64,000 nucleotides of DNA from Macrostomum hystrix. Taxonomy: Eukaryota; Animalia; Platyhelminthes. A model generated the notes under the pieces. That model was not told the origin of the DNA and did not search any database. It was given only the letters and a program-made list of their open reading frames with translations. The translations under genes were made by a program, and so were the position numbers. The stretch lies in NCBI GenBank assembly GCA_950097015.1, contig CATNEN010000001.1, forward strand, positions 2,232,001 to 2,296,000, written 5' to 3'. How positions within the stretch are numbered: position 1 is the first letter of the stretch; each line of letters opens with the position of its first letter. Positions 1 through 13,599 of the stretch are shown here, one piece after another.

Positions 1-1940
1 ACTAGATACTAGATACTAGATACTAGATAATAGATACTAGATACTAGATACTAGATACTAGATACTAGATACTAGATAATAGATACTAGATACTAGATAC
101 TGGATACTAGATACTAGATACTAGATACTAGATACTAGATACTAGATACTAGATACTAGATACTAGATACTAGATACTAGATACTAGATACTAGATACTA
201 GATACTAGATAATCGATACTAGATACTAGATACTGGATACTAGATACTAGATACTAGATAATAGATACTAGATACTAGATACTAGATACTAGATGCTAGA
301 TACTAGATAATAGATACTGGATACTAGATACTAGATGCTAGATACTAGATGCTAGATACTAGATACTAGATGCTAGATGCTAGATGCTAGATACTAGATG
401 CTAGATGCTAGATGCTAGATGCTAGATACTAGATGCTAGATGCTAGATGCTAGATGCTAGATGCTAGATACTAGATGCTAGATGCTAGATGCTAGATACT
501 AGATGCTAGATGCTAGATGCTAGATACTAGATGCTAGATGCTAGATGCTAGATACTAGATGCTAGATGCTAGATGCTAGATAATAGATACTAGATGCTAG
601 ATGCAAGATACTAAATACTAGATGCTAGATGCTAGATGCTAGATGCTAGATACTAGATGCTAGATGCTAGATGCTAGATGCTAGATAATAGATACTAGAT
701 GCTAGATGCAAGATACTAAATACTAGATGCTAGATGCTAGATGCTAGATACTAGATGCTAGATGCTAGATGCTAGATGCTAGATACTAGATGCTAGATAG
801 TAGACGCTAGATGCTAGATGCTAGAAACTAGATGCTAGATAATAGATACTAGATGCTAGATGCTAGATACTAGATGCTAGATACTAGATACTAGATACTA
901 GATGCTAGATACTAGATGCTAGATACTAGATACTAGATGCTAGATACTAGATACTAGATACTAGATACTAGATGCTAGATGCTAGATACTAGATGCTAGA
1001 TGCTAGATGCTAGATGCTAGATACTAGATGCTAGATACTAGATACTAGATGCTAGATACTAGACGCTAGATGCTAGATGCTAGAAACTAGATGCTAGATA
1101 ATAGATACTAGATGCTAGATGCTAGATACTAGATGCTAGATACTAGATACTAGATACTAGATGCTAGATACTAGATGCTAGATACTAGACGCTAGATGCT
1201 AGATGCTAGAAACTAGATGCTAGATAATAGATACTAGATGCTAGATGCTAGATACTAGATGCTAGATACTAGATACTAGATACTAGATGCTAGATACTAG
1301 ATGCTAGATACTAGATACTAGATGCTAGATGCTAGATACTAGATACTAGATACTAGATGCTAGATACTAGATACTAGATACTAGATGCTAGATACTAGAC
1401 GCTAGATGCTAGATGCTAGAAACTAGATGCTAGATAATAGATACTAGATGCTAGATGCTAGATACTAGATGCTAGATACTAGATACTAGATACTAGATGC
1501 TAGATACTAGATGCTAGATACTAGACGCTAGATGCTAGATGCTAGAAACTAGATGCTAGATAATAGATACTAGATGCTAGATGCTAGATACTAGATGCTA
1601 GATACTAGATACTAGATACTAGATGCTAGATACTAGATGCTAGATACTAGATACTAGATGCTAGATGCTAGATACTAGATACTAGATACTAGATGCTAGA
1701 TACTAGATACTAGATACTAGATACTAGATGCTAGATGCTAGATGCTAGATACTAGATGCTAGATGCTAGATGCTAGATGCTAGATACTAGATACTAGATA
1801 CTAGATACTAGACGCTAGATGCTAGATGCTAGATACTAGATACTAGATAATAGATACTAGCTGCTAGATGCAAGATACCAGATGCTAGATACTAGATGCT
1901 AGATACTAGATGCTAGATGCTAGATGCTAGATACTAGATT
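1..1940. repeat. 7-bp satellite (ACTAGAT/GCTAGAT)n with a 336-bp higher-order duplication
   Basis: Read directly. The rare GAC variant occurs at 1062/1398 and 1188/1524, spacing 336 = 48 units. The array runs off the window start. Confidence 0.97.
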
Positions 1941-2540
1941 TTCTAGAACTGGTTATTGCCTTGTTAAGAACTGAAATTACTCGTATTTTTCAATCGATGA
2001 AATTTCTTATTTACTTTGTAAGCATTTGCATCCGTTTACTATTACTTACAGTAGACAATAGAAAAGTACAATATCTTAGTTTTATATTATTTATAAAACA
2101 AATTACCTTTCCACAAAAGATTTTGAAAAAGTAGTTTTTTCTCTGTCCATTAAAACTATATAGGATCTGGTCTGATGGGAATCACTTTTGAATTGACCTT
2201 ATCGCCTTATCGGCCATACTAATTAATTGCTAATGATATCTAGTATACAGTGAAGACATGGCCATAAGTCGCGACTTCTTAACTGAGTAGACTAACTACT
2301 ATGAGAGTACTTTTTCTAGTTTTGACCCAGGAAAGGCAGGCCAATCAACTTTTAGCTTCTATACTTCTCATTGTTACGAATCACGCACTTGTCTAATGTT
2401 CTTTCCCTATTGCCAATAGCAATCAAAATAAATCATAAATGCCGGATTTTGTACAGGAAATTTAACTTAACTACACCTACCCCATCTAATCTGCTTGCCT
2501 GCGTCAAAGTACATCATGAGAATTATATCATCTTACAGGT

Positions 2541-4870
2541 GCATTTAGTGATTCGGAGCAGTCATTTAGTGATTCGGAGAAGTCATTTAGTGATTCGGAG
2601 CAGTCATTTAGTGATTCGGAGCAGTCATTTAGTGATTCGGAGCAGTCGTTTAGTGATTCGGTGAAGTCATTTAGTGATTCGGAGCAGTCATTTAGTGATT
2701 CGGTGAAGTCATTTAGTGATTCGGAGCAGTCATTTAGTGATTCGGAGCAGTCATTTAGTGATTCGGAGCAGTCATTTAGTGATTCGGAGCAGTCGTTTAG
2801 TGATTCGGAGCAGTCATTTAGTGATTCGGAGCAGTCATTTAGTGATTCGGAGCAGTCATTTAGTGATTCGGAGCAGTCGTTTAGTGATTCTGAGCAGTCA
2901 TTTAGAGATTCGGAGCAGTCATTTAGTGATTCGGAGCAGTCATTTAGTGATTCGGTGAAGTCATTTAGTGATTCGGAGCAGTCATTTAGTGATTCGGAGC
3001 AGTCATTTAGTGATTCGGAGCAGTCATTTAGTGATTCGGAGCAGTCGTTTAGTGATTCTGAGCAGTCATTTAGAGATTCGGAGCAGTCATTTAGTGATTC
3101 GGAGCAGTCATTTAGTGATTCGGAGCAGTCATTTAGAGATTCTGAGCAGTCATTTAGAGATTCGGAGCAGTCGTTTAGTGATTCGGTGAAGTCATTTAGT
3201 GATTCGGTGAAGTCATTTAGTGATTCGGTGAAGTCATTTAGTGATTCGGTGAAGTCATTTAGTGATTCGGTGAAGTCATTTAGTGATTCGGTGAAGTCAT
3301 TTAGTGATTCGGAGCAGTCATTTAGTGATTCGGTGAAGTCATTTAGTGATTCGGTGAAGTCATTTAGTGATTCTGTGAAGTCATTTAGTGATTCTGTGAT
3401 GTCATTTAGTGATTCGGAGCAGTCATGTAGTGATTCGGAGCAGTCATGTAGTGATTCGGAGCAGTCATTTAGAGATTCGGAGCAGTCGTTTAGTGATTCG
3501 GAGCAGTCATTTAGTGATTCGGAGCAGTCGTTTAGTGATTCGGTGAAGTCATTTAGTGATTCTGTGATGTCATTTAGTGACTCGGAGCAGTCATTTAGTG
3601 ATTCGGAGCAGTCGTTTAGTGATTCTGAGCAGTCATTTAGAGATTCGGAGCAGTCATTTAGTGATTCGGAGCAGTCATTTAGTGATTCGGTGAAGTCATT
3701 TAGTGATTCGGAGCAGTCATTTAGTGATTCGGAGCAGTCATTTAGTGATTCGGAGCAGTCATTTAGTGATTCGGAGCAGTCGTTTAGTGATTCTGAGCAG
3801 TCATTTAGAGATTCGGAGCAGTCATTTAGTGATTCGGAGCAGTCATTTAGTGATTCGGAGCAGTCATTTAGAGATTCTGAGCAGTCATTTAGAGATTCGG
3901 AGCAGTCGTTTAGTGATTCGGTGAAGTCATTTAGTGATTCGGTGAAGTCATTTAGTGATTCGGTGAAGTCATTTAGTGATTCGGTGAAGTCATTTAGTGA
4001 TTCGGTGAAGTCATTTAGTGATTCGGTGAAGTCATTTAGTGATTCGGAGCAGTCATTTAGTGATTCGGTGAAGTCATTTAGTGATTCGGTGAAGTCATTT
4101 AGTGATTCTGTGAAGTCATTTAGTGATTCTGTGATGTCATTTAGTGATTCGGAGCAGTCATGTAGTGATTCGGAGCAGTCATGTAGTGATTCGGAGCAGT
4201 CATTTAGAGATTCGGAGCAGTCGTTTAGTGATTCGGAGCAGTCATTTAGTGATTCGGAGCAGTCGTTTAGTGATTCGGTGAAGTCATTTAGTGATTCTGT
4301 GATGTCATTTAGTGACTCGGAGCAGTCATTTAGTGATTCGGTGAAGTCATTTAGTGATTCGGTGAAGTCATTTAGTGATTCGGTGAAGTCATTTAGTGAT
4401 TCGGTGAAGTCATTTAGTGATTCTGAGCAGTCGTTTAGTGATTCTGAGCAGTCATTTAGTGATTCTGTGATGTCATTTAGTGATTCGGAGCAGTCATTTA
4501 GTGATTCGGAGCAGTCATTTATTGATTCTGAGCAGTCATTTAGTGATTCTGTGATGTCATTTAGTGATTCTGAGCAGTCATTTAGTGATTCTGAGCAGTC
4601 ATTTAGTGATTCTGAGCAGTCATTTAGTGATTCTGAGCAGTCATTTAGTGATTCTGAGCAGTCATTTAGTGATTCTGTGATGTCATTTAGTGATTCTGTG
4701 ATGTCATTTAGTGATTCTGAGCAGTCATTTAGTGACTCGGAGCAGTCACTTAGTGATTCGGTGAAGTCATTAAGGGATTTAGATTTAGTCACTTAGTGAT
4801 TCGATCGGTGAAGTCATTAAGGGATTTAGATTTAGTCAGTTAGTGATTCGGTGAAGTCAATAAGGGATTC
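2541..4870. repeat. 21-bp minisatellite (CATTTAGTGATTCGGAGCAGT / ...GGTGAAGT) with a 735-bp higher-order duplication
   Basis: Read directly. The CATGTAG variant pair occurs at 3424 and 4159 (735 = 35 units). The array explains the ORFs 2528..4792 and 2661..4796. Confidence 0.97.
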
Positions 4871-5496
4871 GAAGCTGCTTAGGGATACGGAATAGCTGTT
4901 TATGGATTCGAAGCCCGAGTGTTGCTACCCCGTGAAGAATATCAATTTCTGCATACATCTTAGGGTCTCTTTACTCGAGCAAACTATAAGCTTGCTTTGT
5001 CCTTCTATAAAAAAACACTCTACTACCTTGAGAACAGTGAAGTGATTAACGTATTTCCAATTGATCGTGTCGTGTTACAGTAAAAAGTATTTAGCTGAGC
5101 CATTGCACAAAGTAAGAATAGTCAGTTCATACAACTAGGCAACTAACTTGTATAGTTTAGCTTTCTAAAAAAAACTTAAGACGAATGTTCGCGTCCCATT
5201 ATTCGCGGGTGCAGTATTGTTCGGCTTAGTTACAGAAATGGGACAAGATATAGGGATTAGTTTTTGATATCGCTTTTATTATTGCCAAATTGTGTCTTCT
5301 GTCAAAGGCCCGGGAGCAAAGGATTATTTTGTTAATTGTTGGGGGAAAAAGCAGGATTATAAATGGCATTGAGCCTAGAGGAAGGCATTGTGTTGCGAGC
5401 AAGGAAATGACGACAAAATGAGTCTAATATTTTGCTCAAAGCCTTTCGAAGTGTTAGATATTCGTTCACCGACTCAGACATCCAGGCACTATTTTA

Positions 5497-5581
5497 GACT
5501 TACTTACTCACTTACTTACTTACTTACTTACTTACCTACTTACTTACTTACTCGCCTACTTACTTACTTATTTACTCACGC

Positions 5582-5616
<35 letters not shown>

Positions 5617-5657
5617 CACTTACTTACTTACTTACTTACATACTTACTTACTTACTT
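5497..5657. repeat. (TTAC)n tetranucleotide microsatellite
   Basis: Read directly. Confidence 0.95.
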
Positions 5658-6204
5658 TTTTACACACTTAATTACTAATTCTCCTTCCACTGTAAGTGCC
5701 AAAAGCAAACAAAAATAATACATTGGTGAAACAATCCAGACTTAATTACATGAAATCTGAGACCTAAGATGTATTAGCGACAAAAAACAAGAGCAATTTG
5801 ACGAAGTAGGAAACTACATGCATAAGAGCTACTCAAAAAAGTTTTCAAAAAGAACAGAGCAGACATTGAGGAGAAGGTGAAGTGTGCCTTGCACACTAGT
5901 CTAATTGCTTGCTGTGCCTTCGTAAAACAACTTAATGGAAATGATTATTTAGAGGCCGGCCTATTACTTGGCGTGCCATTGAGCAGGTTGAAAGAATTTC
6001 TACTTGAGTTGGCCACCTTGGTTGCTAGGCAAACTTGAGATGAGCAACTTGGCATGGCATTGATTGATTAAACGGGTCAAAGAAGATACTCTCAAGCAGA
6101 TGCTTTATTGGAAATGGATTTCGCAAAAAATTCAGATTAAAAATTTAGTATTTGACACTGAGAAACATTAAAACATTAGGAATGTATGATTGTATCTGTG
6201 CAGT

Positions 6205-6400
6205 GGTCACTAACGCATGATTTCTGACTGAGGACTCGTAGCCAAATAGAAAATAATTCTGCCCGTTTTGCTGACCCCTGGAAATACACACAACAAACCC
6301 AGATACGTACACAGGCACACACACTCACAACTGCCTCTGACTTTCTCATCGTCAAGCAGTGTACACTCTCAGCCTTGGGGGTTTGCACTCATACGTCGTT
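6205..6400 (-). mobile_element. Degraded SINE family A fragment
   Basis: ctgactttctcatcgtcaagcagtgtacactctcagccttgg is the reverse complement of the family A hairpin region seen at 27850-27910. Confidence 0.65.
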
Positions 6401-6869
6401 AGGCATAAATTGCCACTACAAAAGATAACGGATCTTAGCTCTCTCTACGAACTTTGGTACATGACCCTGACGCCGCTTAAAGAGACATTACGAAAAGCTA
6501 TCATCGGACGGCGTACAGCTAGCTCATAGTGTGACTCGTAGATGAAGTCGTTAAGATGATAAGGCGTCAATGATGGATGTTGGTCGTGAAAAATGAGACA
6601 TGGCATATATGGAATGCAAAGGAAGCATGTGATGCACGTCAGTGCTTATCGGACACATTGTCATCATGCAGCCAATCACGGAAAGCCTGTCTTGAACTAC
6701 TCTCTTCTCCTTCCCTTTGCCATTATAGTTTAGCCCGAACACGAGCAGGTAATTTTCCCTAGCAAAGGCTGCTCATCATCTCATATTCGTCTGCAAAACT
6801 TCCCTAGAAGGCAATACTTTCCGCGGCTATTCAGTTTCCTGTTTCCCGTCGGAAGCAGTCACAGTTGCC

Positions 6870-7517
6870 ATGACGTCGGTCTACCCGGCCTCCAGAAACA
6901 ACAGCGTGGCCTCAATCGGTCGGGCTTTGAGCCGTTCTCGGGACATGAGCTTAGATTCCACTATGACAGCGGCGGCTGGGCCTGGCAACCCACGCGGCGA
7001 GCTTGGCAACGGAGCCCTGCAGAAACGCTACGCCGGCTATGAGACTAGCACCGGAGAGGCAGCTCTGATCAATGCCGACTTCGCCAAGATCGGCGGCTGC
7101 GGTCTCGCGCTGCTGGCCCACGGATTGTTTGTATTCGTTGTCGGAGCATTAGAAGTGTCCCACTCGTGCGTCACTATCAGACCCGGCTTGGCTTTGTTTG
7201 TCGGCTTGGGCCAGCTCAGCTTGTCTGCTCTCTGTCTGGTGATGTACACTCTAAGAGCGCTGCGATCCAATGATCGATTGACGAAGGCTGTCATCGGGCT
7301 GGCCGGAGCCCTGCTGTGCCTGACGGCTGTGTACATCGTGTCCTTCTACGCCTTGCTGAGTGTCAACCTGGAGCCGTGCAGCTCCAATGTTAAACTACTG
7401 CTAGGAGCTCCGACAATCAGCTGCCTCGTACTGGGTATACCAGCAAACTTCCTGCCCCTGGCTGTGCTGTGGCACCACAGAAACTACCTGGCCGAGCTGG
7501 GCCAGATTCCGATTTGA
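6870..7517 (+). CDS. Single-exon 215-aa membrane protein with about 4 TM helices, family not recognised
   Basis: GC-rich ORF in AT-rich flanks with a good start context (gccATGA). A polar N-terminus is followed by four hydrophobic segments, with Cys in the loops after TM1 and TM3. Confidence 0.75.
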   Translation: MTSVYPASRNNSVASIGRALSRSRDMSLDSTMTAAAGPGNPRGELGNGALQKRYAGYETSTGEAALINADFAKIGGCGLALLAHGLFVFVVGALEVSHSCVTIRPGLALFVGLGQLSLSALCLVMYTLRALRSNDRLTKAVIGLAGALLCLTAVYIVSFYALLSVNLEPCSSNVKLLLGAPTISCLVLGIPANFLPLAVLWHHRNYLAELGQIPI

Positions 7518-9623
7518 AGCTCGCAAACAAGTGGGTTCAATTTCTCTTGGCCCATTTATGTAAGGGTGTCAAATATAGTGAGGAGCTAACTATTGTAGCT
7601 GTGTACCATGGTATAGAGAGGAACCATGAGCCGACGGATGACTCGAATTCGGGTCATGGCTTCATGCCCAAAGCCAGCGGGAAAGTTTTCTTCGTCTATG
7701 GCCAGAAGGCTCTCTAGCTCTAACTTAGCTAACCTTCCTTTCTCTCTTCTTTCTCTGATTGGCTAGCTGTTTGTCTCTCTTTCCTCACACCCCTCTTTGT
7801 CATCGCTTACCCTCTGGCCCGTCTCTACTCCTTTTACCCCTCAGCACCATCCTTATCTCTTGAAAAGCCAATCAGAGTCAAGGGAGAAAAGAGAGAAGTT
7901 AAGGTTAGCTAAGAAGTTGCACAGATAGAGGGAGAGAGGATCGTTTTCAATAAGAGGGCACTCGAGCGTTAACAACACAGAGAGAAAAGTGTGGGCCGAA
8001 ATGCTAAAGTCAGTTCTTTTCAGCAGCTTCCCAGCGTGAACGGGTTGTGATAAAAAATACAATTATATGTCCGAGCTTGACCCGACTTCGGGCCAAGGCG
8101 TCGGCAATGGCTGTGAGCCATAGCTCAAGCAATAGTATAAAGATCAATGAGACTTGTTCGCGAAGCAACTCTAGGTTTGTTAGTTTAGACCATAGTTTTG
8201 ACCTGTGAACTGTGACCTGGATATTCTCAATCACCCGCTTCCTCATAAGTGAATGACGATAGAAAGTTTATTGTGAAAATTCTATTGTCGTATTGAACTG
8301 ACGCTCACTTTGATTTCTGCTAAACGATACGAAACACTTTTTAAACACTTTTTGTCACATATAAAATACTATGAAATATTTTTGTAAAGCACGTGAACCC
8401 TTTTTCCTTTTTTTACCGAAATCTTGAGCGCCTTATAAATACAAATAGTTGCACTAATAGTTAAATGCTATTTTATAAATAGTTATCTAAACATGTCTTA
8501 AAATCGGTCAAATACTAAATTTAAAACTGCGGTGAATGACTACAGCCGTTATTGACTGCTGCTGAACTTAGGCAAACACATTATCCTATTTTATTTACAA
8601 GATTCTGTAAACAAGGTCGTTTGCGTTGAAAACCTCGCTAGCAAAATCGGATTGAATGCTTAGCAGAAAAGCACAAATTGCATGTCTGCTTTCTTTGCTA
8701 GAGAAAGCAGGTTCGTATGGCGCGCATGCGAAGAAAAATGCTATTCTGAGTATTTCTGAGTCTGCACCGGCGGCTTTGCTGAGTCATTCTAGAAGCTAAA
8801 AAAAAACAATGGAAGTACATGCTCTGCAATTTTTTAACAGATGTAAATACACACTATAAAGATAGGAAATGTGACTTTTCTTTATGCAAAACTTTGCTCA
8901 AATAACAGCTTTTATAAGGCTTGACACTATCAATCAGCATTTATTTTTTCAGTTGAATTAATACTAGAAACAATGATATCAAAATGGTCAAAATTAAGCT
9001 TGCTGTCGCGGTCTGTCCAGTCCACTGACTGCACAGCTTGTACAAAGCCTTCAGTCCGTAACAGATTTCTACCTGTGAATCATTAGCAAGCCGACTTTCC
9101 AGAAAATTTTCTACTAGATTTCGTAAATTCGAACGCACTTATGAAAGACCTTATTAGTTGGTGTGGTAATGAATGAAATGGCACACTTTTTTACTTAACC
9201 AACTACAACACCTAATTACAGAGAATTGTGAATGCTTTTTTATGATTTTCCCTTTTTGATCGCGGATAAACTCCAAATTTTCGAAGGCTAATCAGTGCAC
9301 AGTGTGACCTTTTTTAATGTAGAAGTACAACATATTTTAAGGAGCGTAATACTAGTAGAATACATCTTTGATATCTAACTCGGATAAACAGTAAGTCATC
9401 TCTTTTTAGCTCAGTTTTCTTATCACATGTGATTGCGAACCAAAGTTGCACTTCATTTGGACTGACTGGCACCCGATTCCTTCAAAGTGCACTGATTGAA
9501 ACTGAAAAGGTAAGACATCTAAAAGTGACTTTGTCATGACAGCCTCCCACTTACTCTCTTGTACGTGTCTGAAGTCGTACAATTACCAGGCATTTTCGAA
9601 CTTATTTCGAGTGTTCTGTCTTT

Positions 9624-9662
9624 TGGCGCAGTGGTTAGCGCTTTGGACTTCTGACGAAGAGG
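9624..9662 (+). pseudogene. tRNA-like 5' half remnant (Arg-TCT-like) or SINE head fragment
   Basis: TGGCGCAGTGGTTAGCGC is an A box and GGACTTCTGA an anticodon-like loop. No B box or acceptor stem follows. Confidence 0.35.
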
Positions 9663-11371
9663 TAACAAGGAATGTGTTAAAGTTTTATTCCGCTGCATAG
9701 TAACAACGTAATTCATAATGGGCTTATCAAGAAAAGTATTGAATAGATGCACCTGTCTATTTAGCGGTGCAAAAGCTGCTTTTGCAGACTCACTCGTATA
9801 TTAGAATTATGTCGATGGAATTCTTGTCTCAGTGAAATCTGCTACTGCAGCAGTCACAGGTACAAAGATCGAACTGTCATTCCCCCGTAGCTGCATACAT
9901 GAAAGGCCTCATTTTCCGTCTAAGTCGATGATAAGGCATGCCTTTCTGACTGTCTGGTTGATTATTATTGGAGACACAGTGCAAGCAATATAGAGATAAT
10001 CGGAGGAGAAAGAGACAATGAGAGGCAGGAACGGGCTCATCAGTTCAAGACTCGGCATGTCGCTCTGAGTCTAAATCTTTTCTTAGCGCTAGAGTCGGCA
10101 GCATAATGAGAAGCTCCATGCTCTAGTTAGGAAGGTGTTTCAGCTTCTTTAGTGATGCACAATTTAAGCACGCTTGAAGATTAAGATTAAGATTCTCTCT
10201 AGATTGTCTAGTTTCAGATTTTTTTCTAACTGTGTAACCCAGATCGTGATCAGTCTTCATCAACTCGACGTTGAGCAAACACGACGAGTACCTAACATAC
10301 CAAATACTTAATGCCCATGCGTGTAGTTCTATTTGAACATCCACTGACTTATTTCGACATCGAGCTAAGCCAAGGCTAAGTGTGCCATGCAGGACATAGT
10401 CACTCTATTTTCCCTCTCTCCTCCTCGACCATAAAACGATCACCAAACTGGCTGCGATCGTTCGCTTTGGAAGAAAATCTTCTATAGTTTCTTCACTTCT
10501 TCTTCACATAAGAAGGGCTAAGGTTGCAGAGGTTTTGAGTGTTAGGTTGCAAAAAACTTTGTCGACCTCTTGTAGTGCGAAGAGCATGTGCTAGTCGACT
10601 TTACAATGTAGAGCTTATGTATGGATATATGAGACGAATGAAAATGCCAAGCTCACAGAATTCAAAGCATCTTGAGTGCAAGCTAAGCCATCGGGAATTA
10701 CCAATACCATCTGGCTTAAACTGCGTTGCAATTTATTAATACCTGAATGAGTGAAGCCCTCCAGGTGTTAGATGAATGATTTATGAATGATGTTAGCAAC
10801 TAATAAATGTCCCCTTGCAATTCCTTGACTTTTTTCGAGATCGTTATTTTTCCAGATCAAATCAGTTTTTGTTAAGTTTATTTTTTATAAACGAGAGCAT
10901 GTGCGTGAGCATTCTTTTTTCGACTCTGATGAGAACATAGTATCAGTTGCCTTCGTGCGGTCTCCTTTTTATTTTTTTCTATTCGTTGATCTTTGCATCT
11001 TACGCACTGGTGGGCGCAAACAGTTGCCCCAGTTGCTAAGCACGCTTGGGATCATCTACCTGTGGAGGCAAAGGTGCACAAGAAATGTGATATCTTTTAA
11101 AGTCGGCACACACACTGCAACACACATGGCATGAATGGCTCATTCCTAATATGATACAAAAGCCTAACTACAAATATGATCCTACATAAAAGTTTCTGTT
11201 GTCCCTGGCAACACAAAATTTAGCTTAACATAAATTAGCGTTATGAGGCCGGTTTAAAATTTCTTTGATGCTTGCGGAAGCAAACACAGAGCACAAGAAG
11301 AATTAACTAATTAGATCTATTATAATACTTACAGTTTTAAATTCTGCCTTGCTTAATTACAGTCCACCTTC

Positions 11372-12075
11372 AGCCCTCACCGAGCCACAACCCCTCCCCA
11401 AACAGCCCACACAGAGACACAAACCCCTCCCCGCACAACCCTCACCGAGACACAACCACCTCCCCGCACAACCTTCACCGAGCCACAACCCTCACCGAGA
11501 CACAACCACCTCCCCGCACAACCCTCACCGAGCCACAACCCTCACCGAGACACAAACCCCTCCCCGCACAACCCTCACCGAGACACAACCCCTTTCCCGG
11601 ACAACCCTCACCGAGCCACAACCCACTCCCAGCAGTCGTCACTGAGCCACAACCCCTCCCCGCACAGCCCTCACCGAGACACAACCCCTCCCCGCACAAC
11701 CCTCACCGAGCCACAACCCCCTCCCCGCACAACCCTCACCGAGCCACAACCACTCCCCGCACAGCCCTCACTGAGCCACAACCCCTCTCCGCACAACCCT
11801 CACCGAGCCACAACCCCCTCCCCGCACAACCCTCACCGAGCCACAACCCCCTCCCCGCACAACCCTCACCGAGCCACAACCACTCCCCGCACAGCCCTCA
11901 CTGAGCCACAACCCCCTCCCCGCACAACCCTCACCGAGCCACAACCCCCTCCCCGCACAACCCTCACCGAGCCACAACCCCCTCCCCGCACAACCCTCAC
12001 CGAGCCACAACCACTCCCCGCACAGCCCTCACTGAGCCACAACCCACTCCCAGAAGTCGTCACTGAGCCACAACT
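11372..12075. repeat. C-rich ~33-bp minisatellite (CCCTCACCGAGCCACAACCCCCTCCCCGCACAA)
   Basis: Read directly; period 33 (11700 to 11733). Confidence 0.95.
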
Positions 12076-13599
12076 CCTATCAACAATTCAAGTTGAATTG
12101 TTGATATCAACTTCGATATCAACTTGAATTCCTATCAACAATTCTTTAAATAAACACCATAGTCCTATTTGGTGGGAGAAAAACAACAAAATATTGGTCT
12201 AGCATCGATAAAATAAATTTTATCTGTCTGTCTGTATTTCAGTTTGTATAAATATTTACATTCTATGAGTATATTATCAGTAAACCGTGACTTTATAGCT
12301 CTGCTATATTTACTAAGATTAACTATACAGTAATGCGTTTGCAGAAAGCCGTACAGACATGCATGTAAGTATGCAAAAAATGTCAAACAATAGTAAAAAC
12401 AATATTAATTCCCGAATGGCGAAAATCTTTTGTACAAATTAGCATCAGCATAATGTAGGACTAGATAATTTCTAGACAGTTAGCATTTTAGTCTTTAGTT
12501 GGCTAACCGGATTATTGACGAGCTGCATCCCATAGGGTCAAAACGTGTCGAACAAAACGAAAAAGTCGAGTCACTCGCATAGTTAAGCGACGGGTGTGGA
12601 ATCTGGGGTTTCCCCCAAGTCGTTTTGTTTCTAAAAATAGCAACATTCTAACACCTCCCTTGACTATAACTAATAATACGCGGGGCGTAAATAAGTCAGC
12701 TCTAACTGATAAGAATTAGACGATAATTGCGAGAGCTCCGAGCGCACGTATAATAATAGCTCGCACATAGTTGCACGGGACCAACATTCGCAAACTACTA
12801 CTGACTGAACAGTAAGGTATGCACTGTGTTACTAGAATTTGTGCAAAAAATAGGAAAAAACGAAAAAATGAAAAGACTATCAAGATAAAATAAGAGAATG
12901 AATCAGAAAAATTGCAGGTCCAATAATGAAAAATAGATTTAGGCGCTTCAACTAGTGCGAACTAGTATTACGGATCACGCAGTGCACAGAACATGAGAAA
13001 ATAGTGAAATTTCGCTGATGCCAGCCATCACAGACGCATAGCTGAGTATTATTAAGTGAGTGTATAGTTAGTACAACATAAAAATAATAAAAAGGAACAA
13101 TGACGCATTTTAGAAAAGCACACAATTAGTAAAGAAAAGTGCAATATAAACTACCTATTTACAGTTATCCCACTCAGAATTGGCCAATCCTATTGTAGAT
13201 GAAAGACACACATTAGTATTAGCAAATGTTTATTTAGTTAGTTAATTACAGACACAATCTTTATTAACGTCAGTAGGTATAATGCTTGCTTGATATTGCT
13301 AAATAAGTGATTCTAATTAGTGTCACTAGGTAATAAAAAAACTTGGTCATGACAAGTACAATAGACAGCACGAGGTCTTCTAGCTACAGCTGTAAAGTAA
13401 AACAAAGGAAAAACGGTATTGTCTTTCTATTGTCATAATGTTCAGGACCACGTAAAAGTTAAAAATGTTTTCAGAAAAGCTTAAGAAAGTCACAAGTTTG
13501 AACATTAATAACAGTTTTTAATGTACATAATTACACAATCGATGTTTAAATAGTTAGAAACGTAAAGTTCTAAAAATTTACTTGAATTCTAATAATCTT

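Noticed and set aside
1-1940. Telomeric repeat or information-bearing binary A/G pattern
   Set aside because: The unit is not G-rich telomere-like, and the variant pattern is explained by block duplications.
2528-4796. 754-aa and 711-aa ORFs on opposite strands
   Set aside because: They are translations of a 21-bp minisatellite, with no unique domain and non-ATG starts.
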